A stretch of 64,000 bases of DNA from sequence record MN850619.1. The stretch is one strand, 5' to 3'. Positions 36,040 through 54,139 of this stretch are shown here, piece after piece. Position 1 is the stretch's first letter. Every line of letters starts with the position of its first letter. The notes under the pieces were generated by a model that was not told the origin of the DNA, made no database searches, and saw only the letters and a program-made list of their open reading frames with translations. This DNA is from Escherichia phage finno. The position numbers and the translations under genes are program-made.

Positions 36040-36286
36040 GGTTAAGAGTTGTGTGAAAGCAATGGTTGCACTTGGAGTAATTTTTCTATCTGGCTGCAAC
36101 CCCTCTTATGAAGATAAAAATGCTTCTTACAGCCTCCCACCAGAGATGCAAGATTGCAGAGTATACAAGTTACATGGTGATGCTATAAGCAGAGATATTG
36201 TTGTTGTCAGATGCCCAAACTCTCAAACAACAACATCTTACAGCTATGGCAAAAATGGGGAATCACATACTACGGTTATTGAGTGA
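36029..36286 (+). CDS. putative lipoprotein
   Basis: GTG start with GAGAGG RBS; signal peptide with lipobox FLSGC. Confidence 0.5.
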   Translation: MNNKVKSCVKAMVALGVIFLSGCNPSYEDKNASYSLPPEMQDCRVYKLHGDAISRDIVVVRCPNSQTTTSYSYGKNGESHTTVIE

Positions 36287-36296
36287 GGTTTTCACG

Positions 36297-36503
36297 ATGG
36301 AAGTCCTAGTAAACTACATCTACTGTTATGATGTTGTTCACTCCACTACAACCGTAGCTCAACGTAATCCAATAGTTCCACGAGAAGGTGAGCTGGTTCG
36401 CATTGATGGTTGGATTTACACTGTGGAAAGCATCATTCATAAGTTTGATGTTGCTGGTGATGTTCAAGTTATTGACGTAGAGATTGGCGGTAAGAGAAAA
36501 TGA
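36297..36503 (+). CDS. hypothetical protein
   Basis: Start moved to ATG at 36297 with GAGG RBS to avoid long overlap with upstream gene. Confidence 0.45.
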   Translation: MEVLVNYIYCYDVVHSTTTVAQRNPIVPREGELVRIDGWIYTVESIIHKFDVAGDVQVIDVEIGGKRK

Positions 36504-36718
36504 CTGTAGAAGATAAATTTAAGAACGCAGTTCTTACAGAAGATGGTGAGCTTGAAACATTCATTCTTCGTGTTGATGGTAAGCTATTCCGGTGTCGTTG
36601 TGGGTCAAACTGTTTCCATAAACCAGATAAAAATGACTTAGAGCTTTACGCATGTAATGCTTGCAATACTTGGTATCACTCAGAGGTTAAAAATGACAAT
36701 TCTGTACAAACAAAATAA
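36500..36718 (+). CDS. small zinc-ribbon protein
   Basis: CRCGSNC and CNACNTW cysteine pairs. Confidence 0.5.
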   Translation: MTVEDKFKNAVLTEDGELETFILRVDGKLFRCRCGSNCFHKPDKNDLELYACNACNTWYHSEVKNDNSVQTK

Positions 36719-37793
36719 AGATGGTTCCTTCAACGTCTGGTCATGCGTTGCTGTAGGTGACAAAGTTATTACAACCTATGGTAAAGAAAATGGCAAAATG
36801 ATGTTTGAAGAGTATACAGCAGAACCTAAAAACATCGGTAAAAAGAATGAGCGTAATGCTGAACAGCAAGCTCTCTTTGAAGTTGCTGCTAAGTATAAAA
36901 AGCAAGTTGACCGTAAAGGTTATGCTTACACAAAAGAGTCTGCACAGAATACTGAGAAGGTAGGTGTACAGCTTGCTCATGATGCTGCAAAGGTTAGCCA
37001 TGCAAAGTATCTGAAGTTCCCTGCTGATGCTCAACCAAAACTGGATGGTGTACGTTGTAGAATTTCAAGAGATGCTGATTCAGTTAGCTTCACGGCTTAT
37101 TCTCGTGAGAATACTGTTTACAACGTTCCAGCAGAACTAATCCCAGATTTGCTTTTGTTGCTTAAATTACATCCACAAGTTGAAGACTTTGATGGTGAGA
37201 TTTATGCTCATGGTTGGGACTTAGAAGATATTGTATCTATGATTAAGAATGCTGACAATCCAGACCGTCACCTTCTTAAATTCTACTGGTATGATATCTG
37301 TGACAATTCAAAATCTTGGCCTGAGCGTCGTGAAGTTATTGATAACTCACCTATTGTTGAGCTTGGGGATACCTGTAGAGTTGTTCCTGTGCAGACTATC
37401 CGTGTAAATTCTTGGGAAGAGTTTGATGAAGCTCATGATAAGTGGGTTGAAGCTAAGTTTGAAGGTGCAATGTACCGTTCAATCTCTGAAGACTCCCTCT
37501 ATGAGTGTTGTCACCGTTCATACTTCTTGATTAAGCACAAGAAGATGCACACTGAAGAGTTTAAAGTGACTGGTGTAAAGACTGATAAACGTGGGCATGG
37601 TAAGTTCGTTGTAGAGACTCTTCCTAACGTCTTTGTAGATGTCTCATGGAAGACCACTCATGAGAAGAAACAGTATCTTGCTGAGCATCCTGAAGAGTTT
37701 ATCGGGAAACCTTTGACGGTTCAGTTCCAGAAGATGACTCGTAAGGGTTCTTTACAGTTCCCTGTCGGGCTAGTTATTAGGGATTATGAGTAA
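36693..37793 (+). CDS. ATP-dependent DNA ligase
   Basis: Adenylation motif I KLDGVR; size matches T7-type ligases; start set to ATG at 36693 with GAGG RBS. Confidence 0.8.
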   Translation: MTILYKQNKDGSFNVWSCVAVGDKVITTYGKENGKMMFEEYTAEPKNIGKKNERNAEQQALFEVAAKYKKQVDRKGYAYTKESAQNTEKVGVQLAHDAAKVSHAKYLKFPADAQPKLDGVRCRISRDADSVSFTAYSRENTVYNVPAELIPDLLLLLKLHPQVEDFDGEIYAHGWDLEDIVSMIKNADNPDRHLLKFYWYDICDNSKSWPERREVIDNSPIVELGDTCRVVPVQTIRVNSWEEFDEAHDKWVEAKFEGAMYRSISEDSLYECCHRSYFLIKHKKMHTEEFKVTGVKTDKRGHGKFVVETLPNVFVDVSWKTTHEKKQYLAEHPEEFIGKPLTVQFQKMTRKGSLQFPVGLVIRDYE

Positions 37794-37796
37794 ACT

Positions 37797-37943
37797 ATGT
37801 TAAGTACAATCATTCTGTTTGCATTAGTTATCTTTGTGTTGTCTTACATCACAAGTAAGCTTTTGAACACATCCTTTGCAATGGGTTTCTTGTTCACAAT
37901 CTTCTGTTTTGCAACACATATAGCTATCAGGGCTTTTATATAA
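37797..37943 (+). CDS. small membrane protein with two hydrophobic helices (48 aa, not in ORF track)
   Basis: Hand translation MLSTIILFALVIFVLSYITSKLLNTSFAMGFLFTIFCFATHIAIRAFI. Confidence 0.35.
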   Translation: MLSTIILFALVIFVLSYITSKLLNTSFAMGFLFTIFCFATHIAIRAFI

Positions 37944-37949
37944 AAGTTG

Positions 37950-37977
37950 TTGACATAGAAAATATGGTGAGTATACT
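37950..37977 (+). promoter_or_regulatory. sigma70-type promoter
   Basis: TTGACA, 16 nt spacer, TATACT; the -10 lies in a stem GGTGAGTA...TACTCACC. Confidence 0.55.
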
Positions 37978-38225
37978 GAGCAGCATAAACCAACGGGTAC
38001 TCACCAGCATCACTTAAGAGTCTTCTAAAAGGGTTTTTAAGTCATGTATTGCACGGTAAGGTGATGTGAAGTCTGGTCTGGCATGGTGTAGTCTGGTATG
38101 GAAGGATGGCAGTAGCCTTATAAAAAATCTGCCAAATAAGCTATAAAATCTGTTGACAAGTCAGGTGTTATAGCTTATTTTTATACTCAATGTAATACAA
38201 AATTTAATATAGCTTTGAGGTCATT

Positions 38226-38609
38226 ATGAAAAAGATTTTATTAGCTGCTGCAATGGTTATGGCAATGAATTTACCAGTCAATGCAACAGAACTTCCAAAT
38301 GTGGACTTATCAGGTGTTCCAGAAGATACTTGCCAGATTGTAAAAGGTGTTGCTCTAGCTAATGGTGAGCTACTTAAACCAATCTCTGAAGAATCTTTGA
38401 CAGAGATGACTGATAAGGTGACTGACTACCAGTATCGTGTTCTTGCAGAGTATTTCCTGCAATCTGCAAATATTAAAGAGAAGCACCATGATGATATTGA
38501 TGTACAGGCGATGCTCAACCACCGTATCCAGTTTAAAGAAGATTTGATGCAAAAAGCTATGTATGGTGTTGAGTATTTCTTAGAAAACAGAAGCTGCACA
38601 GGTATTTGA
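38226..38609 (+). CDS. secreted/periplasmic protein
   Basis: Signal peptide MKKILLAAAMVMAMNLPVNA; GAGG RBS. Confidence 0.6.
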   Translation: MKKILLAAAMVMAMNLPVNATELPNVDLSGVPEDTCQIVKGVALANGELLKPISEESLTEMTDKVTDYQYRVLAEYFLQSANIKEKHHDDIDVQAMLNHRIQFKEDLMQKAMYGVEYFLENRSCTGI

Positions 38610-38610
38610 T

Positions 38611-38823
38611 ATGGCTCTTAAAAAGTTACATCCCAGAAGCGGTTATGGTAAGATAATTGATGATACAGACGGCTTTACAGTCTTTACAGTCATCTGTCAA
38701 GATGATTCACAGATTGAAAAGGCTCTTGATGATTATCTTAACGATGAACGTGAAAAGGTTAGGGCTACAAACATAGATTCATTGATTGACACTTCACGCA
38801 AACGGAAGAAGAAAGATGAATGA
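38611..38823 (+). CDS. hypothetical protein
   Basis: 70 aa ORF. Confidence 0.5.
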   Translation: MALKKLHPRSGYGKIIDDTDGFTVFTVICQDDSQIEKALDDYLNDEREKVRATNIDSLIDTSRKRKKKDE

Positions 38824-39115
38824 GGTTTTTGACCCTTATGCCCCACAAGATGATTGGGAGGCTGATAGAGAGGCTGAAATGGAGAGTTATATTTGTCCAA
38901 TGGATGTAGACGAGATGAGAGATTTCGTTGCACATCGTTTTAAGAGAGAGATTAAATCCAGAGGTCTTTCTCAAGAGCAAGTTGCTAAAATTTGTGGTAT
39001 CTCTCAAGCTCGTGTATCCAACATAATCCACCTCACTGGGAATGTCTCTCTTGAGTATATGTTGGGAGTCTGTGAAAAATTTGGTGTTAATTTTAATTTA
39101 AGGTTGGCAGATTAA
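38816..39115 (+). CDS. helix-turn-helix DNA-binding protein
   Basis: EQVAKICGISQARVSNII resembles an HTH recognition helix; start set to ATG at 38816. Confidence 0.5.
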   Translation: MNEVFDPYAPQDDWEADREAEMESYICPMDVDEMRDFVAHRFKREIKSRGLSQEQVAKICGISQARVSNIIHLTGNVSLEYMLGVCEKFGVNFNLRLAD

Positions 39116-39116
39116 T

Positions 39117-39476
39117 ATGAAACGTGAAAACATTATCCACTCTGAAAACTTTGCATTAGGCTTTTATGGTGTGCCTACTCACCTTGAGAAGTATTATGGT
39201 GTAAAGATTCTTTCCAATCTCATTATGGCTTACAAAGATGGTAAGATTAAGCATACTGAGAAGAAACGTGTCATGGGCTATATGGCTGTAGGTTCAGCAA
39301 TCTCGAACATTAAGTTGGAAACAACTAGCAGTCAGATTGTAAAAGACCACTTCATCAAAGAGCTTTACCAAAATCTTGATGGTGTAGATGTTCAGGCTGT
39401 TTGGCTGGATGTTGATGGTCACAACTACACAAGTTTTGTTTTCAAAAACGATGACATTAAGTGCTTGTTCCCATAA
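39117..39476 (+). CDS. hypothetical protein
   Basis: 119 aa ORF. Confidence 0.55.
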   Translation: MKRENIIHSENFALGFYGVPTHLEKYYGVKILSNLIMAYKDGKIKHTEKKRVMGYMAVGSAISNIKLETTSSQIVKDHFIKELYQNLDGVDVQAVWLDVDGHNYTSFVFKNDDIKCLFP

Positions 39477-39489
39477 TAGGTGATTAACT

Positions 39490-40005
39490 ATGATTGATAT
39501 CTTCTTACAAGATGCTCATGCAGATTTCCTTAAAGAGATACTTAAAAAGTTTATGGCTTCACAGTATGAGAATGAAGCATCTTTTAAAATAGTTATATGT
39601 GGCGATGAAGCTGGTTTTGTTGAGATTGAGCATGAAGGTACTGGAAAGACTGTTTGTAAGTTACCTGATAGTATGTTCTCTAAAACGTTCTTAACAAAGA
39701 CTAGTATAAATGTTAAGCTTGTACCGCAGATTGAAACATACTCTGGTACAGATTACCCTAAAGGTTTCAAGTCACTAATGAAGTATTTCTTAGATGACTT
39801 TGTGAGTAATCTTCTGAGGGAGGTAAAAGAAAGTCGTACAGTGTTAACTGTAGAGAATACAGGAGGCACTATAAGGGTTACTTCTGACTGTTTTGTTATG
39901 AGCCTCTTCGACTTCGTTCCTAAGAACTTTGATGGTATTCTGGATGAAGAAGATGACTGTGTAGACTTTATATTGGTTCTTGAGCCAGTTTTTGAGGTTA
40001 AGTAA
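39490..40005 (+). CDS. hypothetical protein
   Basis: 171 aa ORF. Confidence 0.55.
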   Translation: MIDIFLQDAHADFLKEILKKFMASQYENEASFKIVICGDEAGFVEIEHEGTGKTVCKLPDSMFSKTFLTKTSINVKLVPQIETYSGTDYPKGFKSLMKYFLDDFVSNLLREVKESRTVLTVENTGGTIRVTSDCFVMSLFDFVPKNFDGILDEEDDCVDFILVLEPVFEVK

Positions 40006-40266
40006 ATGAAAATTGAACACTGCTATGAGTCTGATGGAACACCTATCCGATGTCCACATTGTGGATGTACAGACTTGCAAGGTGAAGTTCATGTGATTGT
40101 TAATGGTCATATAGCTGAAGAGAGTACGACATGTGTTGGTTGTGGTGAGCATATATCATTCTGGGCTTATGGTTCATACCAACCCACACCACACTTAATC
40201 TACCATAGCAATAAAGCTGTGAAGAATGTTATCAACTGGTTTATTAAGAAAGGATTTACAAAATGA
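40006..40266 (+). CDS. small zinc-ribbon protein
   Basis: CPHCGC and CVGCGEH cysteine pairs. Confidence 0.5.
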   Translation: MKIEHCYESDGTPIRCPHCGCTDLQGEVHVIVNGHIAEESTTCVGCGEHISFWAYGSYQPTPHLIYHSNKAVKNVINWFIKKGFTK

Positions 40267-40808
40267 TTAAATTAATCTTTGCAAGTGGTGAAAATGGGGA
40301 GTTTGGTACTCCAACTGGTATGCCGTGGCCTCAACATAAGGAAGACATGCAAGAGTTTAAGAGACTCACTAAAGACAACTTAGTAGTAATGGGTAACGAG
40401 ACTTTCAAGACTCTGGGAAGTAAACCTTTACCTGAACGTGAAAACCTTATCTTAACAAACTCTGTTACTTATTACGGTATAGATTTTAGTAAAGATGATG
40501 TTATGTTTGCTAAAGCTCACCAAGACTCTTTTGGAGCATTTTTAAAGTATCTTGATAGTAATATTGAAGAAGACGTCTTCGTAATTGGTGGTGTAGGTAT
40601 TCTTGTCAGTGCTTTACCGTATGCTGATGTAGTGTTCCATACAGTTTTCCATGAAGTTACTGAAGAGGCAACTGTGCATCTACCTTTTGAGAATTTCTTT
40701 GATAAGTTGCATGACCGTCAAATTTTCGCTAAGATTCAGTCAAAACCATCAGCAGATGGAAAAGCAACTTTTGATATCTATACACCACAAGTAAAAGGAC
40801 ACTTTTGA
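40263..40808 (+). CDS. frd: dihydrofolate reductase
   Basis: MPWP, VVMGNETFKTLG and PLPERENLILT match DHFR signatures. Confidence 0.8.
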   Translation: MIKLIFASGENGEFGTPTGMPWPQHKEDMQEFKRLTKDNLVVMGNETFKTLGSKPLPERENLILTNSVTYYGIDFSKDDVMFAKAHQDSFGAFLKYLDSNIEEDVFVIGGVGILVSALPYADVVFHTVFHEVTEEATVHLPFENFFDKLHDRQIFAKIQSKPSADGKATFDIYTPQVKGHF

Positions 40809-40809
40809 T

Positions 40810-41709
40810 ATGTCACAAGCAGATACAAGTTACAAAAATATCCTGAACCATGTTTTATCAGTCGGTGAACTGCGTACTACACGAACTGGAGATGTTATCT
40901 CTGCATTTGCTCCACCAAAGTTTCGTTTTGACATGCGTACTGGTTTCCCACTCTTAACATCTAAACAGGTGTTTACACGGCAAGTTATTGGGGAAGCTTT
41001 ATGGTTCCTGAATGGTGAGAATAAACTTGGTGAACTCCGTTACCGTACTTGGGGTGAAAATGATGGAGAACGCTGGACTATCTGGTCGGATGATTTTAAA
41101 CGTTGGTTAAGCTCTAACTATTCTTCTGAACAAGACTGGTTAGAAGATGCAGGTGGGAGAATCTACGGGGTTCAGTGGAGAAACTTTGAAGGTCATAGTG
41201 GTTGTGTTGTAGACCAGTTAGAGACCTTAGTGACGAAGATGAAAGGTGATATCACAGACCGTTACATGCTTGTTAATGCTTGGAATGCAGCAGATATTGC
41301 AGCTAACTCAATGGCTTTAGCACCTTGTCATGTTCTGTTTCAGATTTATATCACTAACGAGGGTGAAGTTGATTTACAATGGTATCAACGTTCTGTAGAC
41401 ACCTTTTTAGGACTTCCATTTAACATTGCATCCTACGGTTTTATTCTGGAAGTTCTTTGTAAGATGACTGGATACACTCCACGATACTTGATAGGTGTCT
41501 TTGGGGATACTCAGATTTATCAGAATCATATGAAGCAGGTTTATGAACTGATGAACAATGAAGAGTTCCATGCACCAACTTTTGAGATTGGTCTACAACT
41601 TAATACTTTAAGTGACCTGAAACATCTTACTGCAAGTGACTTTATCGGTGGAATTAGTAACTACCAACATGCAGGAAAGATTGAAGCACCTTTGTCAGTA
41701 GGTAAGTAG
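40810..41709 (+). CDS. td: thymidylate synthase
   Basis: Active-site ALAPCH with catalytic Cys; N-terminal RTGTG-like motif TRTGDV; uninterrupted 299 aa. Confidence 0.85.
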   Translation: MSQADTSYKNILNHVLSVGELRTTRTGDVISAFAPPKFRFDMRTGFPLLTSKQVFTRQVIGEALWFLNGENKLGELRYRTWGENDGERWTIWSDDFKRWLSSNYSSEQDWLEDAGGRIYGVQWRNFEGHSGCVVDQLETLVTKMKGDITDRYMLVNAWNAADIAANSMALAPCHVLFQIYITNEGEVDLQWYQRSVDTFLGLPFNIASYGFILEVLCKMTGYTPRYLIGVFGDTQIYQNHMKQVYELMNNEEFHAPTFEIGLQLNTLSDLKHLTASDFIGGISNYQHAGKIEAPLSVGK

Positions 41710-41711
41710 AA

Positions 41712-41756
41712 ACAAAAAAGGCTCCCGTAAAAAGGAGCCTTAAAATTTTATTTTTC
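41712..41756. terminator. bidirectional rho-independent terminator between convergent blocks
   Basis: AAGGCTCC-CGTAAAA-AGGAGCCTT hairpin flanked by A-run and TTTTATTTTT. Confidence 0.75.
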
Positions 41757-42119
41757 AGTATTCTTTGTGTTCTTTTCAGTAATAGCTTGGAGGGCTGATA
41801 CTGATTGAGCCAGATTGTTAACACTATCAGAGAATTTATCAAGAGTCTTGGTAAGTTTTGCGTTCTCTCCCTTAACATTCTCTAACTGGACTTTCTGGTT
41901 CTCCATCCCTAGCTGAAGCAGCCTCATATCAGACTGTAAATCACGAATAGCTGAATAATTGCTTTTGGAATAATTATCTAGCTGTTGTAACTTTGTTGTG
42001 ATAGACACTTCTTGTTTACCATCCGAAACTTGCATGGTGGTATACATCCCAATAACACTAAAAATACCAACTACAATTGCACCAATATTATTTTTAAAAG
42101 CTTCCTCTAGCCACTTCAT
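41748..42119 (-). CDS. membrane protein with coiled-coil region
   Basis: N-terminal TM segment IGAIVVGIFSVIGMY followed by heptad-rich sequence. Confidence 0.5.
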   Translation of the reverse strand: MKWLEEAFKNNIGAIVVGIFSVIGMYTTMQVSDGKQEVSITTKLQQLDNYSKSNYSAIRDLQSDMRLLQLGMENQKVQLENVKGENAKLTKTLDKFSDSVNNLAQSVSALQAITEKNTKNTEK

Positions 42120-42314
42120 TTATTTCTCCCCCTTAAAAGCTTTTTCTAAGTTATCTACGAACTCATCATCAATAGGTGTGTCTGTCTTACTCGCAAGGTA
42201 TCTTGCAAGCCTAAAGAACACTTTCTCAATCATGTATTCACTTAGAAGGGATAAAATGAGTTTCCAGAAGAAGCTACCTAGATTTTTTAGAAGAATTGCT
42301 AGGATTGTAGGCAT
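42120..42314 (-). CDS. small hydrophobic protein
   Basis: 64 aa with hydrophobic N-terminus. Confidence 0.4.
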   Translation of the reverse strand: MPTILAILLKNLGSFFWKLILSLLSEYMIEKVFFRLARYLASKTDTPIDDEFVDNLEKAFKGEK

Positions 42315-42393
42315 TTAATCACCTCATCAGCCAAGATGGTGAGAATACCCATAAAGAATATTAACACCATCTTAACAATCAGTCAATAAGGGA

Positions 42394-44925
42394 TTAAGCA
42401 GTTCTCACCCAAGCCATTAACTTATAGAACTGGTTAGTAACACTAAATGCTGAACCAGAACCTGTACCACCAGTGTTACCGCTAACTGTATGGCTGTGAG
42501 CACCAATACCAACACTGTGAGCATGGTTACCAGCAGAAGCAGCAGTACCAGAGATTGTGTGGGTGTGAGCACCAGCAGCATCAGTGTAACCCGGTCCTAC
42601 ACCAATACTACCACCACCACCACCAGAGTAGTGGGTAGAGTTCTGACCAATCCATGAAATAGAGTGGTTGTGGTGACCAGCAGATGAAGTAGAGCCACTT
42701 ACAGAGTGTGTGTGAGCACCAGTCGTGTTAGTGTTTTTTGTTCCGTAGTCAAACGATGAGGTAGTCGCAGAAAAACTGTGCGTGTGTGAAGGTAAGTTAC
42801 CAACAGATAACGTTACAGAATCTGAACCACCAGTTGTAGCAACATCTGAACCATTTGCTGCTGCAATTCTAATAGTTCTACCAACACCATTATTCAGATA
42901 CGTCCAAGTTAGACCAGGCAGTGCTGTATTAGGGTTAACATTACTGTTAAACCACGTTACAATACCTACTGGATAGATTTTATTAAGGTCTGTAGAGTCA
43001 CTTACTGCCTGTGCAATCTTCTGGTCAGTTTCATCTTTAGTGTATGCACCAATATCTGAAGGGGTTGGTTTTTGCAAACTAGTGTAGTATTTTGCAACTG
43101 TACCCTTCACAATACCTTGTGGTGCATCATCAAATGTCTGTGGAGCTTCAAACAACTGTACACTTGCATTACTAGAAGATTGAACTCTTGATGTTGTGTT
43201 GTTTTGGTATGGACCAACTCTACAGTAAATGTCATAAGCATCGCCAGATGTATTAACATAACCGATATCAGTGATGATGACATTATCTGATGTTCTCCAA
43301 GCCACGGCATTTAAACCTTTTGGATTGTTATTTGATGTTCGTAAAACAACCTCACACTTACCTGCTTGTTGTGGTGTATTGATATTAAAACCTGCCCCAC
43401 CAAACACTTCAATCACCGCAGTAGATGCGGATTGCGGCATTACAACAGTAGCAATTTTAACCCATTTTTCACCGTTTCCATTATTGAAGCCAGTACTTCT
43501 GATTCTCAGGTATCTGCTATCACTAGCACTTCGAGTGAAATATCTAGCATCTAAGTTAGTCCAGTCAGAAGGTTGTACTTGACCAGTAATGTCTAAACTC
43601 TTATTAGCCTTAATTACTGACGACCCAAGAGTAATTTGAGTACCAGAGTAGCTGTTGTTTAAGGCTACATCAGTAGAATTTGTTCCACCTACACCTACCC
43701 ACCACCTAGATACGTTCGCAGTATCCACACCACGGATATATTGCGGCTGCCCCTGTGTCAAGTTCTTTAATACCAAACCCTCATTGTTAGATACAATAGT
43801 TTGCACATTTGTGAAAGTATTAGACACATTAAGTTTAGGAAGATTATTCAAAGTAGCTGCTGGAATGTATCTAGAATCAATGTTAGTCCAGTCAGAAGGT
43901 TGTACTTGACCAGTGATTTTGACAGTCTTACTAAATGTTACACCAGACGCGTTTAATTTAATGGAAGTGTCCCCCTTGTAATCATAAATTGTGATATTAG
44001 AGGTTACATCACCTTTACCAATATACCACAAATTATTGTTTTCACTGTCCTTTGCTAGGATGAACAGAGTCTCATTGACCGTTTTATTTTTTAGAATGAT
44101 AGCAGCACCATCAGAGTTCACATTGACATTATTACTGAATGTGTTTAAACCACTGAAGGTGTTATTACCAACTAGCTGCGCAAATCTCTGATTAGCTGCT
44201 GTCTGAGTAAAGTATCTAGCATCTAAGTTAGAGAAGTCAGAAGGCTGAACTTGACCAGTGATTGCTAAAGATTTATTAACAGAGATATTGCTTGCAACAA
44301 TCACTGCTGAGTTGTATTTGCTGTTATACAGGCTTACTGCATCCTCGCCATTGCTACCAATACCAACCCACCATCTAGCTGAACCATCTAGGTTTACACC
44401 CTCAATGTATTGTGCATTATTTGCAATCTGGTTTCTAAGGCGAAGTGCATTACCATCACTTTGAATGTTCTGATTTCTAGAGAATGTGTTTGTTACAGCA
44501 AGCCTTGCATATCTTGCATCGTTCTCTTCATTGGTTCTCATTCCAAGCTCATTAGGACTTGGCTTATTCAAAGTGTGGTAAACAGTTGCAGACCTTGAAG
44601 CATCTGCAATAGTTAGTTTAAGACCGTTTGCATTGATTTTAAAAGCCTTTAAAACATCCCCCATAGTAATCTCAGAAGAGCCTGTAGGGTCAAATACCGC
44701 CTTACCACCATAAAGTAACTTGACAATTCCTAAGTCACCCGTCATAGTACTGCCAGCAATCTGAACAAATCTTTCAAGTTTAAAAGATGCTAAGAAGTCT
44801 TGATAGGTCATTCGACGGTCTTCATCACCCAGCATTTCAGGTCTCTTTTTAACCCTGACATGAAGAAGGTCGTCTGAACGAATTGTATCAATTGAGTTTA
44901 ATTCACTCAACTTGTAATCTGCCAT
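42394..44925 (-). CDS. long tail fibre protein with His-box C-terminal domain
   Basis: 843 aa; three internal repeats ITGQVQPSD(W/F)xN(L/I)DxRY; C-terminal HxH repeats ending MAWVRTA. Confidence 0.75.
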   Translation of the reverse strand: MADYKLSELNSIDTIRSDDLLHVRVKKRPEMLGDEDRRMTYQDFLASFKLERFVQIAGSTMTGDLGIVKLLYGGKAVFDPTGSSEITMGDVLKAFKINANGLKLTIADASRSATVYHTLNKPSPNELGMRTNEENDARYARLAVTNTFSRNQNIQSDGNALRLRNQIANNAQYIEGVNLDGSARWWVGIGSNGEDAVSLYNSKYNSAVIVASNISVNKSLAITGQVQPSDFSNLDARYFTQTAANQRFAQLVGNNTFSGLNTFSNNVNVNSDGAAIILKNKTVNETLFILAKDSENNNLWYIGKGDVTSNITIYDYKGDTSIKLNASGVTFSKTVKITGQVQPSDWTNIDSRYIPAATLNNLPKLNVSNTFTNVQTIVSNNEGLVLKNLTQGQPQYIRGVDTANVSRWWVGVGGTNSTDVALNNSYSGTQITLGSSVIKANKSLDITGQVQPSDWTNLDARYFTRSASDSRYLRIRSTGFNNGNGEKWVKIATVVMPQSASTAVIEVFGGAGFNINTPQQAGKCEVVLRTSNNNPKGLNAVAWRTSDNVIITDIGYVNTSGDAYDIYCRVGPYQNNTTSRVQSSSNASVQLFEAPQTFDDAPQGIVKGTVAKYYTSLQKPTPSDIGAYTKDETDQKIAQAVSDSTDLNKIYPVGIVTWFNSNVNPNTALPGLTWTYLNNGVGRTIRIAAANGSDVATTGGSDSVTLSVGNLPSHTHSFSATTSSFDYGTKNTNTTGAHTHSVSGSTSSAGHHNHSISWIGQNSTHYSGGGGGSIGVGPGYTDAAGAHTHTISGTAASAGNHAHSVGIGAHSHTVSGNTGGTGSGSAFSVTNQFYKLMAWVRTA
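43542..44275. repeat. three dispersed ~52 bp direct repeats inside tail fibre gene
   Basis: Near-identical stretches at about 43542-43593, 43869-43920 and 44224-44275. Confidence 0.7.
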
Positions 44926-44944
44926 TATAAATTTTCCTCTTAAA

Positions 44945-44962
44945 AGGGGCTATACAGCCCCT
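44945..44962 (-). promoter_or_regulatory. stem-loop between the two tail fibre genes
   Basis: AGGGGCT-ATACA-GCCCCT hairpin; weak T-run (TTTTAAG) then GAGGA RBS. Confidence 0.4.
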
Positions 44963-44971
44963 GTAAAGAAA

Positions 44972-46120
44972 TTAAGCTGTTCTCTGCCATACATACAATA
45001 CGAAGGATGGCTGTTCAACGCTAAATGCTTGACCAGAACCAGTTGTGCCAGTTGTGCCAGAGTGCGAATGCTCACCTGCTCCGGTTACTGTTACTGTTGC
45101 TGAGTGGTTGTGGGAACCAATTGCAACAGAATGGCTGTGAGCACCAATCCCAACTGTGTGATTATGCGCACCAATTGCTACAGAGTGAGCGTGGTTGTTA
45201 GCTGTTGTCAGCGTAGCTCTTGGGTCATAGCTTGCCCCCTCAACTGATAAACCTCTCCAACCACCATCAGCATAGCCACGATTAATGAATGTTGTTTGTG
45301 TTAAACCAGAAGCACTGGTTGTTCTGTTACCATAGTCATAAGTAGATACAGTCTTTGTTCCATAATCAAACGTTGTAGTCCCTTTAGTACCGTAGTCAAA
45401 AGCACTGATAGAGGCCGTTGCACCGTGTGTGTGACCACCACCAGTGACGTATACTGAGTGAGTATGTGCAGGAATGTTGTTAACTGTCAGTGCAGTAGTC
45501 TGTGAACCAAACGTTGAACCAACTGGCCTAGAAGCACTATCATAACCTACAAGTGCTCTTCCTTTTGAAACTAACTCCCAAGTACCTCCACAAATTAAAT
45601 ATGTAGAAGGGTTTGCAGGATTCATAGAGAGATGGATAGTACCTACTGGATAAGAAGCCTGAACAGCCTTGTACAAGTTATTTACTGCTCTTGCTGTAGC
45701 ATACTTATCTGCATCCTCATTATAAAGGTTAGATGTCACCCAGTTCTGAACATTACTCAGTCCAACCTGTGCCTTAGTGGTATTGTGTGGGTTGCTCTTA
45801 TCATCAATATGCTGTTGAATAAGATTATTAACCTCTTCTGAAGACATAATTTGTAGATTTGCTCTTGCCTCAGCTACATTAACAATGTCTGATAAGTTAT
45901 TTTCAGCAACTAACTGGAGAGCATTAATAACGTTATCTAAACCAATTTGTGTCTTAGTAACACCATGAGGGTTATTTCTTAGGCTTGAGTGTGGAGCAAG
46001 TAATTGCTCAAGAGTACATCTCTTATCCTCGATACCCTGTTTAAGATGGAAGATATCACTAAGGTCAATTGGTAAGGCTGCTTGAGGCAAGGCACTAATT
46101 TGAATTTCACCTACTGCCAT
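44972..46120 (-). CDS. tail fibre protein with His-box C-terminal domain
   Basis: 382 aa; FDYGTK repeats and HxH repeats; C-terminus LYVWQRTA similar to the neighbouring fibre. Confidence 0.7.
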   Translation of the reverse strand: MAVGEIQISALPQAALPIDLSDIFHLKQGIEDKRCTLEQLLAPHSSLRNNPHGVTKTQIGLDNVINALQLVAENNLSDIVNVAEARANLQIMSSEEVNNLIQQHIDDKSNPHNTTKAQVGLSNVQNWVTSNLYNEDADKYATARAVNNLYKAVQASYPVGTIHLSMNPANPSTYLICGGTWELVSKGRALVGYDSASRPVGSTFGSQTTALTVNNIPAHTHSVYVTGGGHTHGATASISAFDYGTKGTTTFDYGTKTVSTYDYGNRTTSASGLTQTTFINRGYADGGWRGLSVEGASYDPRATLTTANNHAHSVAIGAHNHTVGIGAHSHSVAIGSHNHSATVTVTGAGEHSHSGTTGTTGSGQAFSVEQPSFVLYVWQRTA

Positions 46121-46122
46121 TA

Positions 46123-54138
<8,016 letters not shown>

Positions 54139-54139
<1 letters not shown>

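Noticed and set aside
37944-38225. Possible tRNA gene in the long non-coding stretch
   Set aside because: No GTTCRANYC T-loop motif or acceptor-stem pairing found by eye here or elsewhere in the window.
16114-41709. Group I introns or inteins splitting nrdA, nrdB, nrdD or td
   Set aside because: Each gene reads as one continuous ORF of normal length with catalytic motifs in order; the HNH and GIY-YIG genes are free-standing.
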